Shown in pieces: positions 15,524 through 31,394 of a DNA stretch of 64,000 bases. Within the stretch, counting starts at the first letter, position 1; each line of letters opens with the position of its first letter. The position numbers and the translations under genes are program-made. A model generated the notes under the pieces. The model was given only the letters and a program-made list of their open reading frames with translations, searched no databases and had not been told where the DNA came from. Source of the stretch: Chrysomallon squamiferum (lineage: Eukaryota > Animalia > Mollusca). The stretch is from contig CM022674.1 in NCBI GenBank assembly GCA_012295275.1, positions 6,324,001-6,388,000 on the forward strand. Direction: 5' to 3'.

Positions 15524-16115
15524 CACATACATACACACACTCACACTCATACGTATGGAATTAGAAGAAACAAATAAAACAACGTAATAATCTTTTGCTG
15601 ATTAATGTTTTAGGAAGAAGCAGTTGTTTTTATCGATACACAAACAAAATAATAAAATTAACAACATAATGTATTTTAATATCATATGATTAGAACGACG
15701 TCTACAACGTCACCACTGTGCTACGGTGACTGACGCAATCAGCATTGAGGCTTTGAGAGAGATCTGTATCTGCAGACACGTAACGACTGAAGTGACAAAT
15801 AAGTCAGTTATCTGCCCTTGAATCGATCTTCACAATACCCCCAGGCTCAGAAGTCGACTAATTTATGAGTAAACGTTGTTTGTTTTTTTATTGGGTTTTT
15901 TCTGAAAAAAAACCCTCAGAGTATTAAGATAATATTTTATGTTTGTAGGTTGTAGTTTTGATGTCTGAAATATAGTGTGATTTATGGGTTTGTTCTTTTC
16001 GATATTATTTTATTTTTTTTTACCGTGGATCTATTTATTTATTTATTTATTTATTTATTTATTTGTTTGTTTATTTGTTTGTTTATTTGTTCGTTTATTC
16101 ATTTGTTTGTTGTTT

Positions 16116-16148
<33 letters not shown>

Positions 16149-16574
16149 TTATTATTATTATTTATTTATTTATTTGTCTATATTTAATCATTTGTTTATT
16201 TGTTTTCTGAAATTTATTTTCTTTCTTCAGGGTCCCTTCTATTGTTTTAGATAATTTGTTATGCTTATGACTTTGTCTTTACTGAAAACAGTAAATAAAT
16301 AACAAAGTAATGAATAAATAAAATATATACCATAGGAATAAAATAAGTAAATAAGAAAGGAACAAAATGTAACTAAGCAAAGCAAAAGATATGCAATCAA
16401 ATTATGCATATGAATAAATAATCATAATTAATAAAGAAATAAACATGTAAACATATAAAAAAAGTAAATTTAAGAAAAAGAGTACAATACATTTTACATA
16501 TTTTGGTATTATATGTCTTTGGAATCTATTAAAGAAAACACGATTATTATTGTCTCTAATATTTCATTACGAAC

Positions 16575-16880
16575 AGCTCAGTTTACAAATATGTCTGTGA
16601 ACTTCACCTGTCTGTCAGTTTACACATATATCTGTGAACTTGCACATCTATCTGTCAGTTTACACATATATCTGTGAACTTGCACATCTATCTGTCTGTT
16701 TGCACATATAATCGGTGAATTTACACATCTGTCTGTTAATTCACACATCTGTCAAGTTATTATCAATCGATCTATACTCCTTTCCATCATTTCATTCATT
16801 TCATACATCTCCCAGTTGTACACATCTGTCAATATTTACATTTACCTATTAATTTACACACATCTGTCAATTTGAACATC
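16575..16880. repeat. Degenerate ~20/40-bp minisatellite built on ACACATCTGTC
   Basis: Recurring CACAT(A/C)T(A/G)TCTGT motif, with a 40-bp duplication at ~16605-16700. Confidence 0.7.
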
Positions 16881-17682
16881 TACGAATTATCACATGTAGC
16901 AGCTAAAAACCAGTCAGAAAAATCCAATGCAATTTCACTGATATATATACTCACTTAACCGAGCAGTTTACGTGCATAACGAACTAAGCGTATATCCCGT
17001 GCGCGAAAACATGGCGTATCATACTACAGTAATAACGCGATTAACGTACCGATGCATGAAACACATTATTTACGATTTCGCGCCGGTTTGAACAACAATA
17101 TCAAATCTTGCTTGTGTCAGATTGGCTTTCCGTTCGTCCGAGCGTAAGATAAAGAGGTGGGTGGGGTATCGAGATCGTAGGGCCATCGAGATCGTAGGGC
17201 CGAAATAATAAAAAAAAAAAAAATTAACACTAAGATACGATAACTGGTAATACGGGCATATCAAGGTTTTTGGTTAATTCTGTTAGCGTTTTGAAATTGT
17301 GTTTGTAGTGATGTGGAAGCAGAGAAATCGCCGTGCTGCCAAATGATCAACGTTGGATAAAACATTTAAGTTCTCCCAGGTCTTCAAGAGGTTTCAGGGA
17401 ATTTGTTAGCCATTTTTGATGATGTCGTAGCCGCAGGCGAAAAGCGTAAAAAGAAAAATCAAAGAAAACAGGAGGAATGAAAAAAACGTCATTAAGCGCG
17501 CTGCAGACGTCGTTGTCCATTTCGTTCTACGTTGTTGTTGTTGTTTGTTTCTTTGTTTGTTGATGTTGTTGTTGTTGCTGTTGTTTTGGTGTTGTTGTTA
17601 TGTTTTTGATTATTTTTTGGAAGAGGATATCTTCGACTTAACCAACTGGTACCTACAGTAATTTCTGAGACATGATGCAAAT

Positions 17683-17718
<36 letters not shown>

Positions 17719-18021
17719 TAATGTTATTATTATTGTTATTTTTTTTTATATTATAGGGATGTATTACTATATCTTTTTTAATAATGTGTTTTTTACCATC
17801 TTCATTATATTTTTATTGTTATAATTCTAATCATCATGTTTATTTTAAATCATTAGTATTACCATTGTCATTGTGGTTGTTGTTGGTGGTGGTGTTGGTG
17901 GCTGTCGTCGTCTTATCATCATCATTATCTTCATTATTATTATACTCATGATAATTACTACTACTGTTATTATTATTATTATTATTATTATTCTTCTTCT
18001 TATTATTATTTATTTATTTTT

Positions 18022-18210
<189 letters not shown>

Positions 18211-18802
18211 TGTTACCATCACCTTTTGCAACAACTTAAACAGGCCTAGATAACAGTTTAGCATTGACCTCTATATTATTTCCCCTTCGCAACTGAACAA
18301 AACAGCCTGGAGCGAACATGTACTGTTTATTTAATAGCAGTTCATTTGAACATTCCCCCTGCAGCTGTGTGCACGTTTAATAGAACACACTTACGTGTAC
18401 GATAAATACCTAAACTCTGTTTAATTTCCAGCCTTGTACTTCTGGCGCGGTTCTGTAATTACGTCCGAAATTGGCGCGCGCGGCAAAACGTCGTGACGTA
18501 GAAACAAACTTACCGAGCAGACGCCAAAGAATGTTCTTCGCGCTCTCTCGACTTTCCCGCTATTTTTGTTTTCACTGTTGTCGAGTGCACTCGAGTTGAT
18601 GCTTCTGTCTCCTGTTAACGTGAATGTGTGTTTATCACGTTTTCTTCGCGTCTGCGGTGTGAGAAACACTACAAAACATCCACGCTAAGATAATCTGCGT
18701 GTTTAGTTTGATACTGATTAAAAGACAGATTTATAAACTGTACAAGAGATATGGAAGTTCTGTGCGAGCGTCTGCTTAACAGATATCTTGTTCTCTGCTC
18801 AG

Positions 18803-18915
<113 letters not shown>

Positions 18916-20290
18916 CATCAGTGTATTTACTTAGCATTTGTTTCACGTGGCCTACACTCACAATTACATTTCACTCTGTCACTGCTTGTGTCTGCCAATA
19001 ACCAACTGTTTGCGAAGACCTACATCTCTGCCAGTTTTTTTTTTTTTTTTTTTTTTTGATTTCCTCCAAATCTCGTCTCTGCGACCATTCCACATGGCCA
19101 GCGAGATAACGAATTTTTATTCGCTGATCGATGACAGAAAACATCGGCTGCTGTTCCAATCAAAATGGCTGATGAAATAACAAACGGGAACAAACTGTCT
19201 GTGATGAAAAGTAATCGTAGACATCTGCGTCGGATATCACGAGAAAGATTTTCGGTTCGGGATGAGTAAATACCAATATCCCGGACAAATTACATTTATC
19301 TTGACTGTTTTTTCTTGTTGGTTTTGTTTTACCTCGCTTTTTTTCTTCATTTTTTTTTTTTTTTTTATTTATTTTTTTTTTTTTTTTTTTTTTGATGGGG
19401 GGAGGAGGTGAGAAAGCTGAGAACGCTCGCGTGAAAATGAAGAGTAAAAAAAAGGTTGCCTGAAGTTTTGTAATGTGAAGGAATAACCATTCTCTCTGCA
19501 CCATTTAGACGATTTCTCGTTCCAACCATTGCTCGAGGCTGGTTTATCAAACATGGTGACGTGTTTTTGTTTTTATTTTTTTTTTTTTGTTTTTTTTGTT
19601 TTTTTAAATGATTTTTGATATAGTCTTTATATTTGCGAACCGATAACATTTGCAATTAAAAAATTAAATAACCATTTCTCAATTCAAGAACTATATGACG
19701 CTCGCTCGTATACACACACATATATATAACGATATTCTCGTGTGCCTTCTGACGTGTGTGTGTCTAGATTCATACAGAATATCAGCTTAAACATATTTAC
19801 CACTAAACCCGTCTGTCTTTGGAATCTATTTGTCTGTCTGTCTGAGGGCGAAACATTTGTTCGAGGTGTCACTAGAAATCTGTTGCAATTTTATCTATCT
19901 GCGTCTCTCGTCTCGCGAGAAAACGTAATATTGTCTTTCGAAATGAGATTTGCCTCGTTACCTTGGAGATTTGTTTTCGCTAATGGCGTTGTTGACACGG
20001 AGGCCCTGTACGGGCAACGGGCAAATTTATCTGCTGCGGGATTAGCGGCGTCTGCTTCTCGTTCGTGCGATCGCAGAGTTTTTTATCCTCGCCGACTGAG
20101 AGGTTTTTCTGGGTTACTCGTTTGTCAAGCGGTTCGAGCCTCGGGCGTTCTCAGACGAAGGATCGAACCTGCTGAGTGATGTGTTTTTTTTTTTTGCTTG
20201 AGTCGTTTCCAAGTCTAAACCACGTAACTCTACGTTTAGACAGAAATATGGATGAAAAGAACTGGAGTTTCACGCGCACAGAGAGAGAGT

Positions 20291-20382
<92 letters not shown>

Positions 20383-21729
20383 ACACGATATATTGCTGAT
20401 TGTTACTATACACATCATCATTATTATCATCAATATCTTCATCCTATCCTAATGGTTATCAACATTATAAACTTCATAATCATTCATCATTCATCATCAT
20501 CATTATCATCATCATCATTATTATCATCATTATAATCACTATTAATATCAACGTCATCGTTATCATCATCAATATCACTGTCATTAACATCATCCTCGTT
20601 ATCGTCATCATAATTATTCTAATCATCGCTATCAGCGTTACGATTAACAAACCATCATCATCATCATCATAATCATCATCATAGTCGTAGTCGTAGTCGT
20701 AGTCGACATCTGTTGAGGCTCATATTCACTGTTATACCAGGTGACCGCTGTCGGAAACCCAATATCGCGATGTCGTTGTTTGCTTTCTTTCCCAGTATGA
20801 TAATAATCGGTCAAAAAGACGTTTAATTTGCGAGCACGCCACAAACTGATGATGGTTACGTGTAGTGTTACAGGTCTGAAGTGAAACAGTTTTGTAATCA
20901 TAGACTGGTCGCGTTTACAAAATTAATATGAAAAACACACACAAAGGTCTCGATTTCTCTTTGTAATCGACATTTTTTATTTTTTATTTTTTTATTAAAT
21001 AATTTTTTTTATTTTTTTTTTTAACGTTTTTCGTGAGTTTCAGTTTGTGAGTGAGTATCTGCTGATGTTCGTTTTTAGAGTATGTGTGTGTGAGTGTGCG
21101 TCATTGTGCGTGTTTTGAGTAAGTGTATATATATGTCTGTGTTAATGTGCGTTTTAGAGTGTGGGTATGCGTGTTAATCTGCGTGTTTTAGTATGTGTGT
21201 GTGTGTGTGAGTGCGTGTTATTGTGCGTTTCAGAGTATGAGAGTGTGTGTGCGTGTTATCATGTGTAATAGTGTATGTGTAAGGACGTATATTTGCGTGT
21301 ATCTTTCGATGTTTGTGCTTGCATGTGGATTTATATCAACGTTTCTTAATCTTATTTCATACAAACAGCTATTTAGTATTTTCGATGTAACTCGGTACAT
21401 GACAAATATATCGATTTACATAAAAATAATAGCAGAGCAGAGCAAGAATGAAAATAAAGAATGAGAACAAAAATCTCAAAATAGATTTTTTTTTTTTTTT
21501 GTCTCTGAGATGGCAGTAGCTAGCTAAGGTAATAATGAAGTTCTATTAATGAAGTAGGTTTGAACAGACTCGCGTAAATAAAGCAATTACCCTGAAAAAG
21601 AGAGCGTGAAAATAAAACCAGGTGTTTGGACAGTCTGAGTAGCCATTGTTGTCCAGTTTTACGTGTCATGGGGTACGCTAATGTGACCTGCGAGGGGTGT
21701 GCGGATCGATACTGACTGTCAGAAGATGC

Positions 21730-21766
<37 letters not shown>

Positions 21767-23722
21767 TTCCGTTTTCATTTGTTTTCGTTAATGTTGTCGT
21801 TATTTTTCTCTATCTTTCTGGTGGTGTTGTTGTTGTTGTTGCTGCTGCTGTTTCGTTGTCTTTCTTGTTATTTTTTTTTTTTTTTTTTTTTTTTTTGCTG
21901 GTTGTTATTATTTCTTGTTGTTGTTGTTTTTAACATTATTATTATTATTATTATTATTATCATTATTGTTGTTGTTGTTATTGTTATTAGTTTACACACA
22001 CACACATATATATATCTACATAATTAAATACATACACACACATACGCACATACAAACTCACACACACACGCACACGCAGAGACATACATTCCCACACACC
22101 TATTTACATTTTCTAGGATAATTTCTAGGATCATTTCAATTGCTGAGATCCATCTTTTAATCTGATCTGTGTGTTTTGTTTTTCTCCCTAAAGCGGCATA
22201 TCTAACATTTGTGATGAATGGTGTTTCTGACTGTGATGAATGGATTTTGTTTGGGTTTTCGTACTGGAATGAACTCTCACGTAATCTCGCGATATTTTTG
22301 CCTTTGTGATAAAGTCGTTCAGGTCTTGGACTTGTTGTCGTTAGTCTGGCTTTTGCGTTTTAAAAAGAAATTATTTATTTGTTTGTTATTTTGTTGTCGT
22401 TATTTTTTTTTTTTATTAATTATATTGTTGTTGTTATTTATTTGTTTGTTTGAGTGTTTGTTTGTTTGCTTGCTTGCTTGTTTGTTTGTTTTGTTTTATT
22501 TTATTTCTTCAGTTCATATAAACATATGCGCATGCGCACACGCGCACGTTCACGTACATACAGACACAGACAAATACAGATTTTTGTACACCAAAAAATA
22601 TCGAATTATCTGTAGGTGGAGGGGTACATTGTTTGTCAAAGACAGATAAATAAGTATGAGAGTAGGTAGTGTCAGTTCCATTGTATAGTCAAGAAGAAGA
22701 AGAAGAAAAAGAAGAAGAAGAAAGTAATTACTGACCATATTAAAACCAATGAATTCATCGTTTTGATAAATTAGTAGAAAGTAAAGTTCACCAATCATAC
22801 GCAGGTGTTTAATTGATCACACAAAAAAAAGAAAAAAAAAAAAGAAAGAAAGAAAGAAAGAAAAAGGAAGAAGCTTCGAGAAACAAAATGTTTCACTGTC
22901 ACATACTGTCACAGTACACACTCTAATCAGTGAAATAAACAACAAAAATTAAATATCCATTCAAAACCTGTTCTGTATCATAGCAAAACAAAATTCTTGT
23001 TATTTCGAAATGTACACTGAACATTATTAAAACGAAATAGTGACTTGCCTAGAAATAACGAGGTACAAAAACAGTAATTAAACGTCACAGAAATAGTAAA
23101 CCCCCCCGCACCCCGCACCCGCCCTCACACTGCACTCGGTAACACAATGCACGCGGTAACAGAGCAGACGTGAAGACGTGGATTCATAATACTTTTCTAA
23201 TCCGGTAAACGTCACACTCTCTTAGATAAAACGTAAAAAAAAAAAAAAATAAAAAAAAAATAATTTAAAATTAGCTTTTCCTATATCCTCCTACGTTAGT
23301 TGCCTCATAATTATACAACCACCACAATAGTGGAACGTTTCTTTTATCCTCCCTCCGATAACGTGTTAATCTCAGCGGTGTATACGTAGTAGATTGTATT
23401 CACCTCCCTCCGACAGTACGTAAATTACACACCGTGACACGAAAGCTGAAATCGCCTAATCGCCGGAAATAAGGTGATACGTTAATACCACCCACGTGAC
23501 AGGTGATTAACAGAAATTGAAGGCGACATTAGAACTGAAGAAAATTGCAGTCTGCGTTAAGAATGAAAATAAGACTGATGTAAAGTGAATATGTGAAACA
23601 CTGAAAATAACTTCTGTGTTGTTTCATTAATTTTATTTTGTTGCTGTCGTTGAATAGTTTGTACAGTTTTTTCGTTGAAGAAAAATTTGCATTCACGAAA
23701 CACGAACATATATAAATTTTCG

Positions 23723-23772
<50 letters not shown>

Positions 23773-23814
23773 GTGGGAACATGACATAATGTGAATGTAA
23801 TGACATGTATATGA

Positions 23815-23906
<92 letters not shown>

Positions 23907-23986
23907 TCGTACACACTGTATATATGTATATGCATGCATACATACGTACATACCCACATACATGCATATATATACACATAATATAT

Positions 23987-24040
<54 letters not shown>

Positions 24041-24292
24041 AAACACACACTCACAGAAACTATGCCCCTGTTAATGTTTACGAATTAAGTTAGCTATAAA
24101 CACGTTCGCTGTCAAATGCAATTAAATGAGCTCAAGGAAAAAAATAGCGTCTTAATAAAATAAACAAGAACGCCCTAAGTAATACGTGAGTTACAAAAAT
24201 TAACTTCTAACACTGACCCCTTTTAGCGACCACCTTATTAATGAAGACAACGGGAACCTAGTTATTTCATTATAGTGAAACATATTGAAGAA

Positions 24293-24334
<42 letters not shown>

Positions 24335-24626
24335 ATTTTCTTGTGTTAAAGCTGTATTTTAGAAGGTTCAAAGTCTAAAAGTGAATAGAACTTGTGTATT
24401 TATTTATTTATTAATTTGTTATTTTTATTAATATAATATGTAAATAGAGTTAAAATTAATATAAGCATAGGTATTTGTGCGCTATCAGTTACAGAACAAC
24501 AAAGATTATAAACAATACACTTTTAAGTGAAAGCAAAGACACAGACAGACAGACACACAGACGAAATTTGTGTAAAGACAGCAGATTAGTTCATTTTTAT
24601 TTTCTTATATCTATATTTTACTTTAT

Positions 24627-24657
<31 letters not shown>

Positions 24658-24942
24658 TCCTTTTTCTAATTCTATAGCCATTTTTAGGAATGTATATATG
24701 CATTATTTTAAATGAATGAATAGCCAAAAAAAAAAATACGACTAATTATTTTGACAAATGAATGAATAAACAAATGAAAAAATGAATGAAAGAACGAAAA
24801 AATTTTGAACAAACGAACAAAATGAAAAAGGAAGGAATCAATGAAAGACTGAATCAACGCATGAAAACAAACGAACGAATAAATGAACATTCACTGAATT
24901 CACGTAAAACGAAAAGAACATCATCCATTGATAAACAAGGCG

Positions 24943-24984
<42 letters not shown>

Positions 24985-25418
24985 TAAATGTGTATACATC
25001 AAGCCGAACGGGTACCTTGGCTTCTTCGAGCACTCATCAATTCTTTGTCTTTCTCACTTCCACTCTGATTTCTTGGCTTCTTCCTTTCTTGAATTATTAT
25101 TATCTCACGACTCAAAGTAATATCCGCCGGCAAAGAACGCTAATGTTGAGCCCAAGCATTGAAATATTTCTTTGTGTCACAGGTTTCTTTTTTTTTTTTT
25201 TTTTTCTTTTTTTTTATTGTTTTTTTCAGGTATTGACCGATACACATAAAAAAATCTATCTCCGAGTGATAAATTATTGTTGTTTTCGTTTTCTTGTGGT
25301 CTCCTTCGCAATAGAAGCTTTTTTTTCTTTATTTATTTTTTATTTTTTATATTTTTTTAATACTATGTATAGGATGATTTACTGTGTTGGATATATGTAT
25401 ATATACACAAACGCACGT

Positions 25419-25454
<36 letters not shown>

Positions 25455-27124
25455 GACATCAATGTTGTCTTGATGACAGGTTTGGTGGAATGATTGAACT
25501 GTTCAAATCCTCTTAAGCGACATTGACGGGGTTTCCTGAATATTGTGACTGTGCTTTGTCCTATTCAGACGTACATAAAATATTGACTATTCAAAGTCTA
25601 AATTCAGACATAAATACATACAGACATAGAATATACAAACATAAAATACATACATATATGTATACATACATACATACATACATACACATATATACATACA
25701 TATATATATATATATTCATATATATATATATATTTGTATATTTGTGTATATATATATGTATGTATATATGTATGTATGTATATATGCAAACATATATACA
25801 TACATTTATGTAATCATACATTTATACTTACATGTACACATATATACATACATACATACATACATACATACATACATACATACATACATACAAACTGTAC
25901 TGATTACGATTGTTTAGCTTTAATGATTAATAATTTAACGTTAGAGTAGGCTGGATCCAGAGCTAACTAAGCTGACATTATCATTATCTTATTATTGTAA
26001 CGTAACGGCGGTCCTTTCAGTGCGTGACAAAATAATCAGCGATCTTTGCTCTTAATAATACGTTTGTATTACAAGGAAGAATGACGTTTCCTGACCGTAG
26101 ATCACGGTGTTTTGCGGGCCCAGCAAGGTACTGAACTCTGCGCAAGATCGGCAAACAGGAGAAAACAAGCGAACGAGAGTTCGAAACACGAATGTAGCCG
26201 AAGGCGAGACAAGAGGGACCAAGAATATTCGTATAAAGACAGTGGTGCAATTGCAAGATTGGGCTTTGTTTTCTAGCTAATTTGGATGTCTCGTTTCTAA
26301 GGTTTACTTTCAAGATGACGTTTTGTTTGGGGGGTAGCGGGTTCAAAATGTTCATTTCGAAGGTGTAAGTTCAAAATGACGTTGTTGTTTGATCGCCTTT
26401 AGGAAATTCTGATTCCAAAGCTTTTATCCATACAGACACCTCAGACCATTTATTTATTTATTTATTTATTTATATTTTTTAAATTTAATTTACTTCTAAA
26501 GGTTTGTCCTTTCTTGTTATTATTCTTGTAATTGTCGTCGTTGTTGTTATTATTGTTGTTGTCGTCGTTGTTTTTGCTGTTGCTGCTGCTGTTCTTATTG
26601 TTGTTATTTTAACTGCATGTTCAAAACAGAAGAAATACAGACAGATAAAACACAACATATAGCAACAACATCAACAAAAAAAAAATATATATAAAAAAAT
26701 ATATTTACAAAAACGTCTTTCTAAAATATCCGATTACACAAGGAAGTTGATAACGTGTCTGAATGTTAGTCGGTGCGCCACTCAGAAACAGGGGAAGCAA
26801 CAGATAAAGAATAGTGACAATGGCGGCGATCGCATTACATGCTTAAATAACACTGACGTCTCGCGATAAATCAGTTTCAGATCACTGGTCGAAAAATAGA
26901 AACATCTTTGTTAACTGAAGATGATAGCGGACAGACAATAAGAATGATGGATGGGCGAAAACAGATGAAAGAAGAAGATTTCTGTGATATTTTCTACGAT
27001 TTCTGATTGACGTGAAACTTTCGAATATTTCAAAGTTCGTTTGAAAAATGGTGTGTACAAGATGTAAGTTATCCATCGGGAAGGCTCAGCCTGCGTAAAA
27101 TCCAGGTCAGAGTCGTGTCCTGGA

Positions 27125-27200
27125 CACGAAGGATGGTAGCAGGATCAATCCTCGGTGTTACTGTTTGGGCTGATTTCCCGTTACAACTAGAGTTCCAAAT
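27125..27200 (+). mobile_element. Possible degenerate SINE fragment
   Basis: GGATCAATCC (B-box-like) followed by TTGGGCTGATTTCCCGTTACAACTAG. This resembles, from memory only, a gastropod tRNA-SINE body; it needs a repeat-library search. Confidence 0.25.
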
Positions 27201-27544
27201 GTGAGAATAAACATGCATAGGTTGTTTTGGGTTGTTTTTGTAACTAAATAGATCAGTGTAAATGGTTGACAGTGCTTCCTTACTTGTATTTTCATTATTA
27301 ATTTTTTTTTTTTTTTTTTCTTCTTTCTTCTGTTTGTTTTTGTTTTGTTTTCGTCTTGTTGTTTTTTGTGGGTTTTTTTTTTCTACTGTTTGTTTTGGGG
27401 TTCTTTATTCTTTTTCTTAGGACGTTACTGGTTAAATAAATAAAAGAAACACGTGCAATAATTGTTAATGCTAACATATTACCTGTGTAATTTAATAAAT
27501 ATTTATTAATTTAATTTTCCTTTCTTTGGTGTGTGTAATAATAT

Positions 27545-27576
<32 letters not shown>

Positions 27577-28436
27577 ATAAAAATTTATTTTTATTTATTT
27601 TATTAGTTTTTGCTAATATTTATTTATTACTTTGTTTGTTTGCTCATTCGTCATAATTCACTCCAGTATTTCGATTTGTTTTTAACAGAACCCAGTCTTT
27701 ATCTTTATTCCGAGTTTGTCAATGATTCGTCGAATGAATGAACGAAAATATTGATAAATAAACAAAAAACTAAGAATAGCAGTTGTGTTGTTGTGTAAAA
27801 CTGATATTCTCATTACGGGAAAACAGCAGATAAATATTGATCTCCGATATACTTTTTGTTATTTTTAATATACGGATGCATTACGAGAACAGCGGGTAAC
27901 GAACTCCGATAGCGTAATAAGTGTGAAAACTCAAAAAGTGATCATTAATATTATTACCGTTAATGCTGCACATGGAGTTTCAGTTGAAAGAGAAGATTAT
28001 TTTGTTTGTTTATTTGTTTGTTTGTTTGTTTATTTATTTATTTATTCATTCATTTATTCATTCATTCATTCATTTATTCATTCATTCATTTATTCATTCA
28101 TTCATTTATTTATTTATTCATTTATTTATTTATTTATTTATTCATTTATTCATTTATTTATTCATTTATTTATTTATTTATCTATTTATGTTATGGTTTT
28201 CATTCAGTTTTTTTTTTCTCTTGCTTTATTTTTCTTCTCGTATTCCCTTTCTTCAATTTTTTCAATCTTTTTCATTTTTGTTTTATATATATTACTTTAT
28301 CGGTGATATATTTTAGCGGTAATATTTTAAAAATAAGTTTTGCTTTTATCTTGCTTTATTTGCTTTCCATTTTACTTCTCCTTTCTCTTCACAATACTTT
28401 CAATTTTTTTATCAGGTCTGTTTCTTTCTTTCTTTA

Positions 28437-28516
<80 letters not shown>

Positions 28517-28653
28517 GTATATGTATATATATATATATTTCTCTCTCTTTGTCTCTCTGTCTTTCTCTCTATTTCTCTCTCTCTGTCTCTTTCTCTCTCC
28601 TTCCCTCTCTCTGTTTCTTTCTCTGTCTCTTTCTCTCTCCTTCCCTCTCTCTG

Positions 28654-28787
<134 letters not shown>

Positions 28788-29064
28788 ATGTTTTTATCAG
28801 CGGTCGTTGTAGTAGTGAAAACAGGACTGGATGACAATGACGTAAGACTTGAACGGAATGATGATGCCGACGTCGTGGTGGATGATGATTTTTTTTCTCA
28901 CACTGAACGTTTGTTCTGTTTCTGTGTGCCTGCAGGGTGGCTGTCGTTGTGTTTCAGATCAGAAGAGTCGCAATGAAACTTTAGACTCCTTCCCTGAAGC
29001 CGATAGCAGGATCAGTACTCGTCAATAAAACAACACAGCGAGATATAAGATACAGAAGAGTTTG

Positions 29065-29360
29065 GTGGTGATGATGATGATGATGATGATTATGATAAAT
29101 TTATGATGATGATGATAAAGCCATGATGATGATGGTTATGATGAGAAATTTATGATTATGATGATGATGATAAAGCGATAATGATGATGGTGATGATGAG
29201 AAATTTATGATTACGATGATGATGATAAAGCGATGATGATGATGGTGATGATGAGAAATTTATGATTATGACGATGATGATAAAGCGATGATGATGATGA
29301 TAAAACGATGATGATGATGATGATGAGAAATTTATAATGATGATGATGGTGGTGGTTATC
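29065..29360. repeat. ~45-55-bp minisatellite derived from (GAT)n, with ATAAAGCG and GAGAAATTT anchors
   Basis: About five units alternating GATAAAGCG and GATGAGAAATTTATGA within (GAT)n. Confidence 0.8.
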
Positions 29361-29782
29361 ATATTAATCATGTTCAAACTCGAAGAAGATGGTGATAGTG
29401 ATCATCATGATGATCACGATCTTGAAAATAATGAAAAAGAAGGCAAAAAATGATGTGAATCAGAGGGATGTACAAATAATATCAACCACATCTCGTTTAG
29501 TTTTGTTTTCAGTCCCCGCCAACTTTTGAAATATCAGATGAGAAACTGCACTGGAATAATATTTCTGATCTTTTTTTTTTATGAATATGCTCGTTCACCA
29601 TGTTTAGATATTTACAGCGGAAACTGAGAAATTTTCATAAAAAGCTGCTTCTCTCTTTCAGAAAACAGTATCTTATTTTACATCTCAGCTGGTTTCCATA
29701 GTAATGATGTTAGTGATTGGAAGAAATTATTAAAAAAAAAAAAAAAAAACATTTCTCAACTGTTTTATTTTCACTTCTTTTC

Positions 29783-29831
<49 letters not shown>

Positions 29832-30490
29832 TTTATTTTATTATTGTTGTTGTAATTATTATTATTTATTTATTTTTTTTTTTATTTTTTTATTTTCAAC
29901 TTTGAGTAATGAGCCGAATTTTCATTTCTGAACTTGCTTTCTTTGCTTTGAACTGAAAAAAACATTCACGTTGTAGTTGTTAAACAAGGAAAAGAAAGAA
30001 CTTGACGATGACGTCAAAAGTTCAAAATGAAACTTCGGCTCATTACTCACAGTTGAGTAGCACCTGCTAAATTCACAGTGAAATTTTTTTTTTTTAAATG
30101 AAACAGTAATAATAATAATAATAATAAATTTCGTTTTGTATTAAGAAACCAGTTTGCTTTCGTGTGCATTTCAAAGTTTACAGAACACGATAAAAAAATA
30201 AATTATTTAAGCTTCTTTTAATGTCCTGTTTATCTTCATTTTCTTCAACTAATTAATCTTTTCTTCCTTGTTATGGTTTGTTCGTTTTTTTCTTTTTCTT
30301 CTTCTTCAATTTCTTTTTCTTTTTGTTATTGTTTTCTTCTTCGTCCAATTATTCGCATCTTTTTCTTTTCTTCTTTAGTTTCTTCTGTTTCTGCATCTTC
30401 TTATATTGTTCTATATTATTTCAGTGTTATATTCGTCAACATCCTTTTCTAATAATAAACAAAGCAGTCAGAGAAGATTAATTAATATTG

Positions 30491-30600
<110 letters not shown>

Positions 30601-31272
30601 CTTTTTTGTTCATAACTTATTGAACTTTAGAACATTAATGTCATGAAAAATCATAACGTAAACAGGCTGTCGTATCTTACGTCTGTTTCTTACGATCACG
30701 TTTACAATTACGTTTCACTTCTGCGATATTTTTCTGTATATTAGTTTTCTTATTTACGAAAATATTATTGTATCTGAAATCGGTACGTTAAGAAATATAT
30801 ATATTTTTTTGTTTTTTTGTTTGTTTTTTTTGTTTACAATTAAATTCTTCTTCTCGTAAATTAATATATATATATATATATATATAGACAGAGAGATTTG
30901 TGTAATATTAAATATTTCAAAATACAATGCATCAGATTTATTTTACTCAATACACTAGTTCGGGGTTCAGTGTGTATGTAGGTTCGTGTAGGTGTATGGT
31001 TATGTGTGTGTATGTCACAAATGTATAAATATGTGCGTGTTTGAGTACGTGTGGATGTATGTATAGTATAATTATAAATATGTGTGTGATGTCTGTATGC
31101 GTATGTGCATACACTGACACATATATACATTTAAACAGTCTCGCATCTACAGATACATGCACATACTCACACACACTTACACCTCTCTATCTACCTATCT
31201 GTATACATACATACCTACAAATACAGTCACACATACACACACAAATACAGACATACAGAGAGACAGACAGAC

Positions 31273-31394
<122 letters not shown>

